Assembly: GCA_963514005.1 (NCBI GenBank)
Contig: OY740797.1
Span: 42,656,001-42,720,000, forward strand
Source of the DNA: Raja brachyura
Taxonomy: Eukaryota
Length of the DNA: 64,000 nt
Direction of reading: 5' to 3'
Position 1 is the first letter of the stretch. Each line of letters starts with the position of its first letter. The notes under the pieces were generated by a model that ran no database searches, was not told the DNA's origin, and was given only the letters and a program-made list of their open reading frames with translations. A program made the position numbers and the translations under genes. Of the stretch, positions 36,753 to 49,394 are shown piece after piece.

Positions 36753-37909
36753 GTGAAAGGAAGAGAGAAAACATTTGATATGTTAGCATGACATTTCTCC
36801 AGTTGCTATTTTAACCAAGGAGTTAGGCCATTTGACATCTATCTTATAAACTCATTAAACATGTGTTCTCTAATATTACAGACATTAATTTCCAGGCAGT
36901 AATCTTATTTAAACTGGCATTTGCACACACATGCATATGTGAATGTATATCCAGTTCTGGAGCAGGAGATCTATATGTACTGCTTAATTTGTCTTGCAAA
37001 AATGTGCATAATTTTCTAATGATCTTCCTCAAATTTTAGTGCATGAAATAAATTGAAGGTTGTCTGATCAAAAGAAGATCAACTTTTTTTAATGATCTTC
37101 ATAACAGCTTAAAAATGTAACATTGTTCCATCAATTGATTTAATTCCCTTTTTAATTTACCGAAACACAATCTAATCCCTTGCGTTATCACATATGGTAT
37201 TAAGGGCTGTTTCCTGAGGAAAAAAAAATCTATTCACTGAAGGAAGAGCGTGGACTTGAACTTCTGGTTACACCAATCTATTTTCAATGAAGTACTTCAA
37301 GATGAAAATAATCAATTTTTCATAAAATATGGTTGTAAATATTTTATCTTCTTCTCTCAGGTTGTGAGAGGTTTGTGCTTTCACTTAATGAGTGAGGACG
37401 TCCAATATTAGTGTAGAACTCACTCATGGAGGATTGGGAGTACAACATTCTCATATTATTTTGCATTTTCCAGTATTACTTTCATATTTTTTCTCATCAG
37501 CTCTGTCTTTATAGTGCAATGCCTGTAACATCTCATGCCTCTAGGTTCCAGGCTGTTTGTTATCTCAACTGATGCAGTTAATTCCACTGAAAATCATAAC
37601 TTGAACCCCATTTCCCTCTTGATAATTATGCATCGTCCATGCTGCCGGGCAGATCCCGAAGCAAACTTTCCCCAGTGGTCACATCCGACGCAGATTGTGA
37701 ACTACGCTGAAGTTGTCAGTGAGAGATAAATTTGTGAAAATTCCCTAACTGGAAGCTGTATTAGATTTGTTAACATATTTTGTGAGGACTAAGAAGACCA
37801 GAGGTGTGTCTGGCTTCACACTCTTTTTGTAAAACTCAGTGCCTATTGGTAAATTCCTTCAGTGGCAAGGCCATTCCTTCCAGTACAAAGGTCTAAAAGT
37901 TATTTCCTT

Positions 37910-38148
37910 TCATAGAAACAGATACATAGAAACATAGACAATAGGTGCGGGAGTAGGCCATTCGGCCCTTCGAGCCAGCACCGCCATTCAATGTGATCAT
38001 GGCTGATCATCCAGAATCAATACCACGTTCTTGCTTTCTCCACATATCCCATGATTCCGTTAATCCTATGAGCTATATCCAACTCTCTTTTGAACACATC
38101 TAGTGAATTGGCCTCCACTGCCTTCAGTGCCAGAGAATTCCACAGATA
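37910..38148 (-). mobile_element. CR1 LINE 3' end
   Basis: (catagaaa) tail; aggccattcggcccttcgagccagcaccgcc. Confidence 0.85.
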
Positions 38149-39177
38149 CTACCTTTCACATTTTCTTTTGATCACCTCCTACCTGCTGGCATCTTCTTTA
38201 GTCTCCTGCAGTGGTATGAGAATCACATCCCCAATATGATACCTACAAATTACAAAGTCCTCATACCCTTATACATGAAGGCTCCTTACCCCAAATGTCA
38301 CACATGCATGTCCTCCAGAGTTGCTGCCTGACCCACTGAGTTACTCCAGCTCTTTGTGTTCGACTCTTACTATTAAACTCACTCTGTCCACCCTCATTCC
38401 AGTCTCGTGCTCAACAAGAGCTACACCGCATCCGCATTTTACACCCTTACATGTTTTTGGCTGTGTTTCCTTGCATCACCATTAACCAAAAACCACTCAG
38501 ACTTTTTTTTAGAGTGTGAATAAATACTTGGGACACAGCAGTCAGTTTTTCATCACCAAAACGTGGCTTGAATCAGGAACAATCTCAGCTTGAGTGGATC
38601 ACACAGATTTCACTTGCACCTTTTACACTCAGTCCTTTCATGTTCCCCCCCACCCCCCTCCCTCATCTTTCTGATTGTTTTCTATAAACTGGAAGAAATG
38701 CCATTACTTTATGTCATTTTCTTCTGATGTTTTACTGGTTTGCTTCATGTGAAGAAATAAGAAATCTGATTGAAATGGCGCAAGACATTGCTCCTTCTGC
38801 TTTAGTGAGAACATTCAGATAGATAAGGGGGGGGTGGGGGGAAATACATCAAAGCATTTGAGATGAAAGGTGCAAATTAATTCTGAACGGTTTAGACGGG
38901 CTTTGCTCATCCCTAATCAGATCATCCCAACTTTGAGAATAACCATGGCCTCAAATATTTTAGGATTCAACAGCAATGCTGTTAATGTCACGAGTATAAC
39001 GTTTGAGAGGAGACTTATTGTTTGGTCTGCTTCTTGAGATAACACACACTTACTGTTGTGTAATATTTACCAGCCACCGACACCATCTTCCAAAGGACAC
39101 AATTAACCATTTAAAAAATATATATATATTGTCATTATCACGCATGTTCAGCCCTAAAAAGGAAAGGGATATTTTTG

Positions 39178-39616
39178 TAGAAAGGAACTGCAGATGCTGG
39201 TTTAAACCAAAGATGCGCACAAAATGCTGGAGTAACTCTGCAGGACAGAGTGAGGCTAAACACAAATTGGAGGAACAGCATCTCATATTTCCCTTTGGCA
39301 GCTTACAACCCAGTGGTATGTATCTTGATGTCTCTAACTTCAAGTATCCCCTGCATTCCCTCTCTCTCCATCTCTCGCCCACCCAAGTCACGCATAGCTA
39401 CAGCTAACAATGACCTGTCTCCTTTACAATTGTTACTTTTTTGCATATCTTTCATTCATTTGTGCTATATCTCTCTACATCATCGTCTATATCTCTCCTT
39501 TCCCTTTCCCGTGACTTTCGGTCTGAAGAAGGGTCTTGACCCGAAACGTCACCCATTCCTTCTCTCCAGAGACGCTGCCTGCCACGTTGAGTTACTCCAC
39601 CAATTTTTATCTATCT
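39178..39616 (+). mobile_element. 5'-truncated Penelope element with an inverted terminal piece and an intact hammerhead core (39523-39550)
   Basis: Inverted end 39178-39245, then KHKLEEQHLIFPFGSLQPSGM (GIY-YIG C-terminus), then the pseudo-LTR. Confidence 0.85.
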
Positions 39617-39718
39617 TAGGAATATTATTGCTTGGATATGTGTGCAAAATGTCCTAATTCTAACTAAACCCATTGTGGAACATTGATCTTTGTTCTTTGT
39701 TTATTACATGTTGACTAA

Positions 39719-39988
39719 AGGGCCTGTCCCACTTCCACGACCTAATTCGCGATCCCTGCCGAGTTTGCCCTTGACTCATACTCGCAGCATGGTCGTCACG
39801 AGGTCGTAAGGGGTCGTAGGACGTCGTAGGTAGGTCATAGGTAGGTCATAGGTAGGTCGTAGCAGGCCGTGATGCTAGTCGTAGGTACTCGTGGCATCAA
39901 GTAGGTTGGGGCGTTTTTTCTAGCATGATGAAAAATGTCCACGAGTAAAAAAGGTCGTGAATTAGGTCGTGAAAGTGGGTCAGGCCCT
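39719..39988. mobile_element. MITE, Harbinger/PIF-like
   Basis: TIRs AGGGCCTGTCCCACTT..CACGACCTAATTC / GAATTAGGTCGTG..AAGTGGGTCAGGCCCT; internal (GTAGGTC) repeats; preceded by TAA. Confidence 0.75.
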
Positions 39989-40365
39989 TGGTTTGAGAGG
40001 CATCTCCAGCCATTTCTGTTTTTATTTCAAATTTTAGCACCTCTTAGATACTTTTAACCTTTCAACCATGCCATATCCTTTCTTGTTAATAGTAGAGTCG
40101 ATTGTTCAGCTTTGACTACCTTAATCACCTTTTGCATCTTGGTCTCATGTGGATTTTGAAAGCCATCTTGGAAGAATAATCACGGTACACTGAAATTTAG
40201 TGCTTCTAATACACAGACTGCAGTAAAATAAACCATTTTTGTCTGGGAATGTTCTTAAATAACCTCTGATGGGATAAGCATGTCCCAAAGTAGAAATTAA
40301 AATCAAACATATCACGTAAGTAAAAATATGAGTCCACCAATTGAAAAAAAAGCAAGTTTTGCAGC

Positions 40366-41283
40366 AAACAAGTTTCGTCACCTCCAACGTGACCCCTCCA
40401 CTCGCCACATCTTCCCATCTCCCCCCCTGTCTGCCTTCCGCAAAGACCGCTCCCTCCGCAACTCCCTCGTCAATTCTTCCCTTCCCTCCCGCTCCACTCC
40501 TTCCCCGGGCACTTTCCCTTGCAACCGCAAGAGATGCTACACTTGTCCCTTCACCTCCCCCATCCACTCCTTTCAGGGACCCAAGCAGTCATTCCAAGTC
40601 CGACAGAGGTTCACCTGCACCTCCTCCAACCTCATCTACTGCATCCGTTGCTCCAGATGCCAGCTGATCTACATCGGTGAGACCAAGCGGAGGCTGGGCG
40701 ATCGTTTCGCCGAACACCTCCGCTCGGTCCGCAATAACCAACCCGACCTCCCGGTGGCTCAGCACTTCAACTCCCCCTCCCACTGCGTATCCGACCTCTC
40801 GGTCCTGGGCCTCCTCCACGGCCAGAGTGATCAACACCGCAAGTTGGAGGAACAGCACCTCATATTCCGCTTGGGGAGTCTGCATCCTCTGGGCTTAAAC
40901 ATTGAATTTTCTCAATTCTGTTAACCCAGACTGCCTCCCCCCCACCTCTCCCTCAGCCCTCTGGCCCTGACATTCCTTCTCCATCTCCCCCCCCCCCCCC
41001 TCCCCAGTCGCACTAGCTTCTCATTTTCACACCACAAACAGCTTACAATGGCCTGCTTCCTTTGTCACCAATACTTTTTTGCATATCTTTCACTCATTGT
41101 TCCTTATCTCTCCACATCACTGTTTATATCTCTCGTTTCCCTGATCCCTGACCAGTCTGAAGAAGGGTCTCGACCCGAAACGTCGCCTATCTCCTTCGCT
41201 CCTTAGATGCTGCTGCACCCGCTGAGTTTCTCCAGCTTTTTGTGTAACCCTCGATTCTCCAGCATCTGCAGTTCCTTCTTTAA
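40366..41283 (+). mobile_element. Young 5'-truncated Neptune-type Penelope element: GIY-YIG endonuclease, pseudo-LTR and hammerhead, 13-bp TSD
   Basis: Open frame to 40924 with PCNRKRCYTC, LIYCIRC..YIGET..R..EH..VAQHF; CAAGTTTTGCAGC at 40353-40365 and 41284-41296. Confidence 0.92.
41157..41184 (+). ncRNA. Minimal type-I hammerhead core in a Penelope 3' pseudo-LTR
   Basis: CTGAAGAAGGGTCTCGACCCGAAACGTC, 233 nt after the endonuclease stop codon. Confidence 0.82.
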
Positions 41284-41429
41284 CAAGTTTTGCAGCCTAA
41301 TTCCTCTAACAAGCTCCCGATCCACTGTTACAGCATAACAACTACATCGCGACTGCATATCCACAATCTCGTGAAAGTGTTGAGGGCTCGCTCTCTACTG
41401 TCTTTTCTGGCAGGAATTTCATATTCATT

Positions 41430-41745
41430 CATTATAGGAGCAGAATTAGGCCATTCGGTCCATCAAATCTATTTCGTGGCTGACCTATCTTTCCCTCTCA
41501 ATCCCATTCTCTTGCCTTCGCCCCATAGCCCCTGGCACCCTGACCAGTCAAGAATCTGTCAATCTCTGCCGTAAAAATGTCCATTGACTTGGCCTACACT
41601 GCTGTTTTGTGGCAATGAATTCCACAGATTCAACATCCTCTGACCAAAGAAATTCCTCCTCATCTCCTTTCTAAAGATACATCCTTTTATTCTGAGACTG
41701 TGGCCTCTGGTCCTAGACTCTCCCATCAGTGGAGACATCCTCACC
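41430..41745 (-). mobile_element. CR1 LINE 3' end
   Basis: GESRTRGHSLRIKG...LNLWNSLPQ on the minus strand. Confidence 0.88.
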
Positions 41746-42414
41746 ATACCCAGGTCTGGTATAGGCCTGAATTTGTTAAATATGATGTTGAACAGAACTG
41801 CTGCAGAAAGCTGAAATCTGCCCAGCAGATCAAACAATGTCTGTGTGAGAGTTAACACTGAAATAAAATATTTTCTTGTACCAATCATATTTTTGGATGA
41901 AAATATTTCCCTACAAATAATCCTTCTATCAATCATCTTAGAATGTATCACCCCATCTACCTATCATCTCTCCACTTAACATGGTCCTCCAAATTATTTT
42001 TCATCAAGCTGCTCTTCTTTGAGGTAAGAATGCCAGCCAGCATTATCTTTGTCTCGGCCTTTTATCATTTGGAGTTTTAGAAACTCTCCAATCCTCCATT
42101 ACCATGTCTTTTCACAGAGTGAACTAGAACAAATAACTCTGTTATTTTCACCCTTGGTTTTTTTTCTATGAGCCTTGCATACATTTCACCTGGGGCTGCC
42201 AATTTATCTGTTTTCTAAAATGATAGTTTCCATGATACTTCCCTATTCTCTATTTATCTCATGAAATATTTCATCTTGATCCATCTTAACAACAATGCCA
42301 GCATCAGACCCTTCCTTGGCACCAACAGTCATAAGGTATTCATTAAGAGCTGTGTTCATATCTTTTGCTTTGAACAGAGGTTTATCTTGAGTATCTGATC
42401 AACTCTGTTAGTAA

Positions 42415-42784
42415 ATGGCCTGTCCCACATAGGCGATTTTTTAGGCGACTGCCGGCGACTAGGTTGTCGCCACACGGTCGCCGGGGTGTCCCCTGTATCA
42501 TCGTGAGTCATCTCCTCAGTCGCCCAAAGAGTCGTTGCGTTTTTCTGGTCACAGTTGGATTTTTGAAATGTTGAAAACGTTTTGGCGACTATGGGCTTGT
42601 TGACGCTTGTCTTCTCCTGACATAGGTACTGTCGTAGGTTGGCGCAAGTTGTCACCAGGATGGCGTAGGTTGTTGCCAGGATGACATCAGGCCCATTAGT
42701 CCAGGCGCTGGTTTTTCGGTGACCTGCTACGACTATGGCAGTCGCTGGAAATGGCCTAAAATATTGTTTAGTGGGACAGGCCCT
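42415..42784. mobile_element. MITE, Harbinger/PIF-like
   Basis: TIRs (AT)GGCCTGTCCCAC / GTGGGACAGGCCCT; TWA flanks; CpG-rich interior. Confidence 0.75.
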
Positions 42785-43182
42785 TTAATCTCTAGTTCTT
42801 CATGTAGTTGTAAAATAATTCCATTTTATTTTACATCTGACAGTGCCGTTTCTTAGCTACCAGTTTCACTTTTTAGTTTGTCCCCTTGAGCTTTCCATAA
42901 TCTTCTATGCACTGTGCAGCATTGAGTTCTTGATGTAAATGTCCATTTTCCATTTTTGTTCACCTGACATCCATTGTGTTTTATTTTTGGGAGATCCATC
43001 CTTTTTCGTTTTGGTATTATGTTTGGTATCAAACTTTACTAAATCCTCTCCCAACCTCAGCCACTGTTCTGATACTGAGCTGTATTCAAATAGACATTTC
43101 CTGTTGAATTTTGCTATTATGCATTTTAGACAAAATGGCCTTTCCCTAATTATGCTATTATAATCTGATTAAGAGTTTAACA

Positions 43183-45560
43183 TGGAACTGCAGATGCTGG
43201 AAAATCGAAGGTAGACAAAAATGCTGGAGAAGCTCAACGGGTGAGGCAGCATCTATGGAGCGAAGGAAATAGACAACGTTTCAGACTGATGTGAGGGTGG
43301 GGGGGGGCAGGAAGAAGAAAGGAAGAGGCGGAGACAGTGGGCTGAGGGAGAGCTGAGAAGGGGAGGAGAAAGCAGGGACCACCTGACATTAGGGAAGTCA
43401 ATGTTCATGCCTCTGGGGTGTAAATTGCCCAAGCGTAATATGAGGTGCTGCTCCTCCAATTTACGCTGGGTCTCACTCTGGCCATGGAGGAGGCCCAGGA
43501 CAGAAATGTCGGATTTGGAATGGGAGGAGGAGTTGAACTGCTGAGCCACCGGGAGATCAGCTTGGTTATTGCCAACTGAGCGGAGGTGTTGGGCGAAGCC
43601 TACGCTAGGTCTCACCGATGTAGAGCAGCTGACAACTAGAGCAGCGGATGCAATAGATGAGGTTGGAGGAGGTGCAGGTGAACCTCTGCCGCACCCGGAA
43701 AGACTGCTTGGGTCCTTGAATGGAGTCAAGGGGGGAGAATGAGGACATCTCCGATGCCCATATGTGGAACACCTCATCCTGGGTGCAGAAGCGGCGTAGA
43801 TGGAGGAATTGGGAGTAGGGGATGGAGTCCTTACAGGAAGCAGGGTTGGAAGAGGTTTAGTCCAGACAACCATGGGAGTCAGTGGATTTATAGTGGATGT
43901 CGGTCAGTTTTCTATCACCTGCGATGGAGATAGTGAGGTCTAGAAATGGTAGGGAAATTTCGGAAATGGTCCAGGTGTATTTGAGTGTCGGATGGAAATT
44001 AGTGGTGAAATTTGTGAAGTCAGTGAGTTGTGTGTGGGTGCAGGAGGTATCACCAATGCAGTCGTCAATGTAGCGGAGGTAGAGTTCGGGGATAGGGCCC
44101 TGGCACGCCTCGAACAAAGATTGTTCGACGTACCCTACAAGAGGCAGGCACAGCTGGGGCCCATGCGAGTGCCCATAGCTACGCCTTCTATTTGGAGGAA
44201 ATGGGAGGAGTCAAACGAAAAGTTATTAAGCGTAAGGACGAGCTCCGCTAGGCGGAGGAGAGTATCGGTAGACAGGGATTGGTTGGTTCAGTGGTCGAGG
44301 AAGAAAAGGAGGGCTTTAAGACCCTCCTGGTGGGGGATGGAGGTGTAGAGTGACTGGACATCCATGGTGAAGATGAGGGAATGGGGGCATGGAAAACGGA
44401 AGTCCTGGAGGAGACGAAGAGTGTGCAACGTGTCTTAGACATGGGTAGGGAGGGATTAAACCATGGGGGTTAGGATGCAGTCGAGGCATGTGGAAATACC
44501 TTTGGTGGGACACGAACATGCAGAAACAATGGGTCTGCCAGGACAGTCAGGTTTGTGGATTTTGGGGAGAAGGTAAAAACGGGCCGTGCGGGACTGGGGA
44601 ACGATGAGTTTAGAGGCTTGGGAGGGCAAGGAGCCGGAAGTGATGAGGTCAGTTATAGTGCTAGAGATAGTGGGCTGGTGCTCGTCTGTGGGGTCAGGGT
44701 CCATTGATAAGTAGGAGGAGGTGTCTGAGAGTTGGCGCCTGGCCTCAGACCAGTAGAGATCAGCGCTCCAGACTACAATGGCACCTCCCTTGTCGGCAGG
44801 TTTGATCACCCAGCCTGGGTTGTTGCAGAGTGAGTGGAGGGCTGTACATTCAGGGGGGGAGAGGTTAGAGTGAGACGGGGGAGTGGAGAAGTTGAGGCGG
44901 TTGATGTCTCGCCGGCAGTGAAATGAAAAGGTCTAAAGCCGGAAGATGGCCATGAGGGGGGGTCCAAGAGGAGGGGGTCCGTTGGAGACAGGATAAGGGG
45001 TCATCACTGGGGGGGGGGGGCGAGGACTCCTCCTCATGGAAGAACGCTTTGATGTGGAGGCGACGGATGAAGAGCTCAACATCGTGGCGGGCGCGGAACT
45101 CATTGAGGTGGTGACGTACGGGAACAAAGGTGAGGCCACTGCTGAGGCCAACATGTTCGGTATCCGAGAGTGGGAGATCAGGTGGGGATGGTGAACACAT
45201 GGCAAGGATGGAGGTTGGGGCCGGAGGAAGACAGGTGAGTGGACTGAGGCCGAGGCGATGTCTGGTGGGGGGGGGGGTGTGCAGAAGAGAGGGGGTATGA
45301 GGACTATAGTGTGGGTGGGGAAGAGCTGGGGTCACATGGTTTGAGGGGGAAGTGGAAGAACCAGTGGAACAACCCCTGAGGTTCCCAGTTTGAGGGAGAT
45401 GAGCACTAGGACCCAGCATAGTTTGAGCTTGTGATGTCAGAGTCTGCAGCGTGGAGACTTCAGGCCCAGTGCTGAGCCTGGGACTCAGGTAAGGCATCGG
45501 CTGCAGCCTGCTGGAGAGAGGCGGAGTGGCGAGTGTCGGTGGAGTCGATGGTGGAGGCCT
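43183..45560 (-). mobile_element. Decayed Neptune-type Penelope element (N-terminal region, RT, GIY-YIG, pseudo-LTR)
   Basis: IKPADKGGAIVVW, FYLLPKIHK..PGRPIVS, LRYIDDCIG, KLEEQHLILRLG across frameshifts. Confidence 0.9.
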
Positions 45561-45589
45561 GTGGGGAGCGGACTTGATCGTGTCCCACT

Positions 45590-47248
45590 GTGTCTGCCTG
45601 CTTGTGTCCCAACAAACCTATTTCCACATGCCTCGACTGCATCCAAGACACCTCACATGCTCTTCGACTACTCCATGACTTCCGTTTCCCAGGCCCCCAT
45701 TCCCCCATCTTCACCTTGGATGTCCAGTCACTCTACACCTCCATCCCCCACCAGGAGGGTCTTAAAGCCTTCCGTTTCTTCCTCGACCGCAGAACCAACC
45801 AATCCCCGTCTTCTCTACCTAGCGGAGCTGGTCCTTACGCTTAATAACTTTTTGTTTGACTCCTCCCATTTCCTCCAAATACTAAGCGTAGCTATGGGCA
45901 CATGCATGGGCCCTAGCGATTCCTGCCTCTTTGTGGGGTACGTCAAACAATCTTTGTTCGAGGCGTGCCAGGGCCCTATCCCCGAACTCTACCTCCGCTA
46001 CATCGATGATTGTATTGGTGTTACCTCCTGCACCCACACACAACTCACTGCCTTCATACATTTCACCACTAACTTCCATCTGGCACTCAAATACACCAGG
46101 ACCATTTCCGACATTTCCCTACCATTTCTGGACCTCACTATCTCCATCGCAGGTGATAGATTACTGACCGACATCCACTATAAACCCACTGACTCCCATG
46201 GCTATCTGGACTACACCTCTTCCCACTCTGCTTCCTGTAAGGACTCTATCCCCTACTCCCAATTCCTCCATCTACATCGCATCTGCTCCCAGGATGAGGT
46301 GTTCCACACCAGGGCATCGGAGATGTCCTCATTCTTCAGGGAACGGGGGTTCCCCTCTTCTACTATAGATGAGGCTCTCACCAGAGTCTCTTCTATATCC
46401 CGTGACTCTGCTCTCACTCCCCATCCCCCCACTCGTAACAAGAGTCCCCCTTGTCCTCGTCTTCCACCCGACCACCTGTCACATACAACAAATAATCCTC
46501 CAACATTTTCACCACCTCCAACGGAATCCCACCACTGGCCTCATCTTCCCATCTACTCCCCTATCTGTTTTCCACAGAGACCACTCCCTCCATAACTCCC
46601 TGGTCAATTTGCCCCTTCCCACCCAAACCACCTTTTCTCCTGGCACATTCCCTTGCAACTGCAGGAAATGCTACACTTGTTACTTTACCTCCCCCCTTGA
46701 CTCCATTCAAGGACCCAAGCAATCTTTCCAGGTGCGGCAGAGATTCACCTGCACCTCCTCCAACCTCATCTATTGCATCCACTGCTCTAGTTGTCAGCTG
46801 CTCTACATCGGTGAGACCAAGCAAAGGCTTGGCGATCGCTTCGTCCAACACCTCCGCTCAGTTCGCAAAATAACCAACCTGATCTCCTGGTGGCTCAGCA
46901 CTTCAACTCCCCCTCCCATTCCGAATCCGACCTTTCTGTACTGGGCCTCCACCATGGCCAGAGTGAGGACCACTATAAATTGGAAGAGCAGCACCTCATA
47001 TTTCGCTTGGGCAGTTTACACCCCAGCGGTATGAACATTGACTTCTCTAATTTCAGGTAGTCCCTGCTTTCTCCTCCCCTTCTCAGCTCTCCCTCAGCCC
47101 ACTGTCTCCACATCTTTCTTTCGTCTTCCCCCCCTCCCCCACCCTCACATCAGTCGGAAGAAGGGTCTCGACCCGAAACATTGCTTATTTCCTTCACTCC
47201 ATAGATGCTGCCTCACCCGCTGAATTTCTTCAGCATTTTTGTCTACTT
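45590..47248 (+). mobile_element. Decayed Penelope element (RT to pseudo-LTR), inverted relative to its neighbour
   Basis: DVQSLYTSIP, VAMGT, LRYIDDCIG, LPFLDL, PCNCRKCYTC, LIYC..YIGET; mutated hammerhead at about 47155-47182. Confidence 0.92.
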
Positions 47249-47574
47249 ATTATAATATGTTGTACCTTTTCCCTGTCCCCAATACCACAACCAGTACTGC
47301 CAAAATGCTCTGCAAACGATATCCCGTCCTGCTACCGACATTGTTATCCTGAAACTGACCACTCTCTTGTTGGACTTCCCGCTTAGTTTGATCTGAATAC
47401 ATTTCAAGAACTCCTCACATCTTTTACATTTAACACCTACTCTTTCTATCCCAGTAAATGTGAGTTATTGAAATTGCATTAGAGTTATTGAAAGCCCATT
47501 GATATTTTTATCGCACAGAATTTGACTAGATGATTGCCCTTCTGTCTACCTCTGATTGTTTGGAGATGTATTGC

Positions 47575-47745
47575 AACAGCATTTAAAAGACATTTGGACA
47601 GGTACATGGATAGGAATGGTTTAGAGGGATATGTATCAAATGTGGTCAAATGGAACGAGCTTAGATGGGGAATCTTAGTCGCATGGATGAGTTGGACTAA
47701 AGGGCTTGTCCCGTGATGTATGATTCCATGATTCCATGATTCTAT
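47575..47745 (+). mobile_element. CR1 3' end
   Basis: FKRHLDRYMDR; (attccatg) tail. Confidence 0.8.
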
Positions 47746-48529
47746 GTTTGGAACAATCTGCAGAAATTACTAGTGGTGCAAATGGCCTTGATTTTTTGTA
47801 AGCCCCATATAATCTCACTTGATAGTCCATTCAATTCAGCATTGATCCTCGTTGATATAATTGTTTCTGCAATTTCATTCTTCCGACCCATCCATCGCCA
47901 CCCAATCACTTTCTTTTTTAAGCTCCTCACATTAATATATAAATTAAGCAGAAGGGCAGTGTTATGGTAACATCCACAGAACATTATTTAGACCTTGGAC
48001 AACTATGCTAAACATGCAACTTATTTACCTATTCTACTGACTTCATTGGAAAGTTAGCCTGGCCCTGATGCATGTTTTTGCCCCAAGTAATCGACAATTC
48101 CTTTCCCCCCACCTACAGATGCTGCTCGACCTGCAGAGTTCCCCGAGCAGATTGTTTGATGCTCCAGATTCCAGCATCTGAATCTCTTGCTTCTCCCTTG
48201 CAGAGTCCCTTCCTGGTCGGCTGACTATGAAGACATTTCTTTCTCCCTTCAACAAGAATTCTGTGAGATATTTTCTCGCTGCTCTTCCTCTGTCATTTCC
48301 ACTGACCCCCTGCTGTCCCGATGCAGAGTTTCAACTTGAAACATCAATAACACCTTTCCCCCCCAAGAGATGGTGTTTGCCCCGCTGCGTTTCTCCAGCA
48401 GATTGTTGCTTTAAACGCATCTGACTGGAGACAGGTTTCAGCCCCTGTGAATGAGTTTTACAGTCTGATATTTGTGAGATATAGAATGAATTTAGAAAGG
48501 AATACCATTTCAAAACATTAAAATATTGA

Positions 48530-49375
48530 AGATAGAACATAGGACAGTTTAGCACAGGAGCTGACCCATTGGCCCCCAATGTCTCTGCCAACCATGATGT
48601 TAAGTTAAGTTTCCTTTGCCTGCATGTGACTCAACATTCCCTGCATATCCATGTGCTTATCTAAAAACCTCTAAAATACCACAATTTAATGTGCTTCCAC
48701 TAACTTCCCTGGCAGAGTGTTCCAAGCACTCACTTTATGTAAAATAACCTGCCCCATTCATCTCCTTTAAACATTCCCCCACTTAATCCTAAAGCTACAG
48801 CCCTCTAGTCTTTTATATTTTGGTTCTCATTACCTTATATACTTTACCAAGTCCCCCCTCAACCTCCGAAGCTCCAAAGAAAGCAAACCAAAATTGTCCA
48901 ACCTCTCCGCATGCCTAATCCAGGCAGGATTCTCCGAAACCTCTTCAGCACCATCTCCAAAGCCTCCACACTTTTTCTATAATGGGACAACTATAGCTGT
49001 ACACAATATTCCAGTGTGATCTGACCAGTTTTAAAAGCTGCTACATTACTTCCTGATTCTTATACTCAATGATACCACACCCCTTCTTGACCACTCTATT
49101 TACTTGCATGCTACTTTCAGGGAGCTATGAATTTGGCCCCCAAGATCCCTCTGTACATCAATGCTGTTAAGCATCTTGCTATTAACTGTATACTTGCCCC
49201 GCCCCCCATTCAAAACTCCTAATGTATAACCCCTCACACTGGCTCAGATTAAACTCCATCTGTAACTGATCTATATCCCACTGTATCCTGTGATGGCATT
49301 CTTCGCTATCCACAACGCCACCAATTTTGGCGTTGTGTGCAAACTTACTAACCACGCATCTATGTTTACTTCCAA
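48530..49375 (-). mobile_element. Degenerate CR1 LINE (RT to 3' end)
   Basis: VSKFAHNAKIGGVVDSEE..IQWDIDQL..MEFN on the minus strand. Confidence 0.85.
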
Positions 49376-49394
49376 ATTGTCTATAACGTCCAAT

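Noticed and set aside
45561-46595. 344-aa ORF as a functional or domesticated RT gene
   Set aside because: Mosaic of frames from a decayed Penelope with deletions and frameshifts
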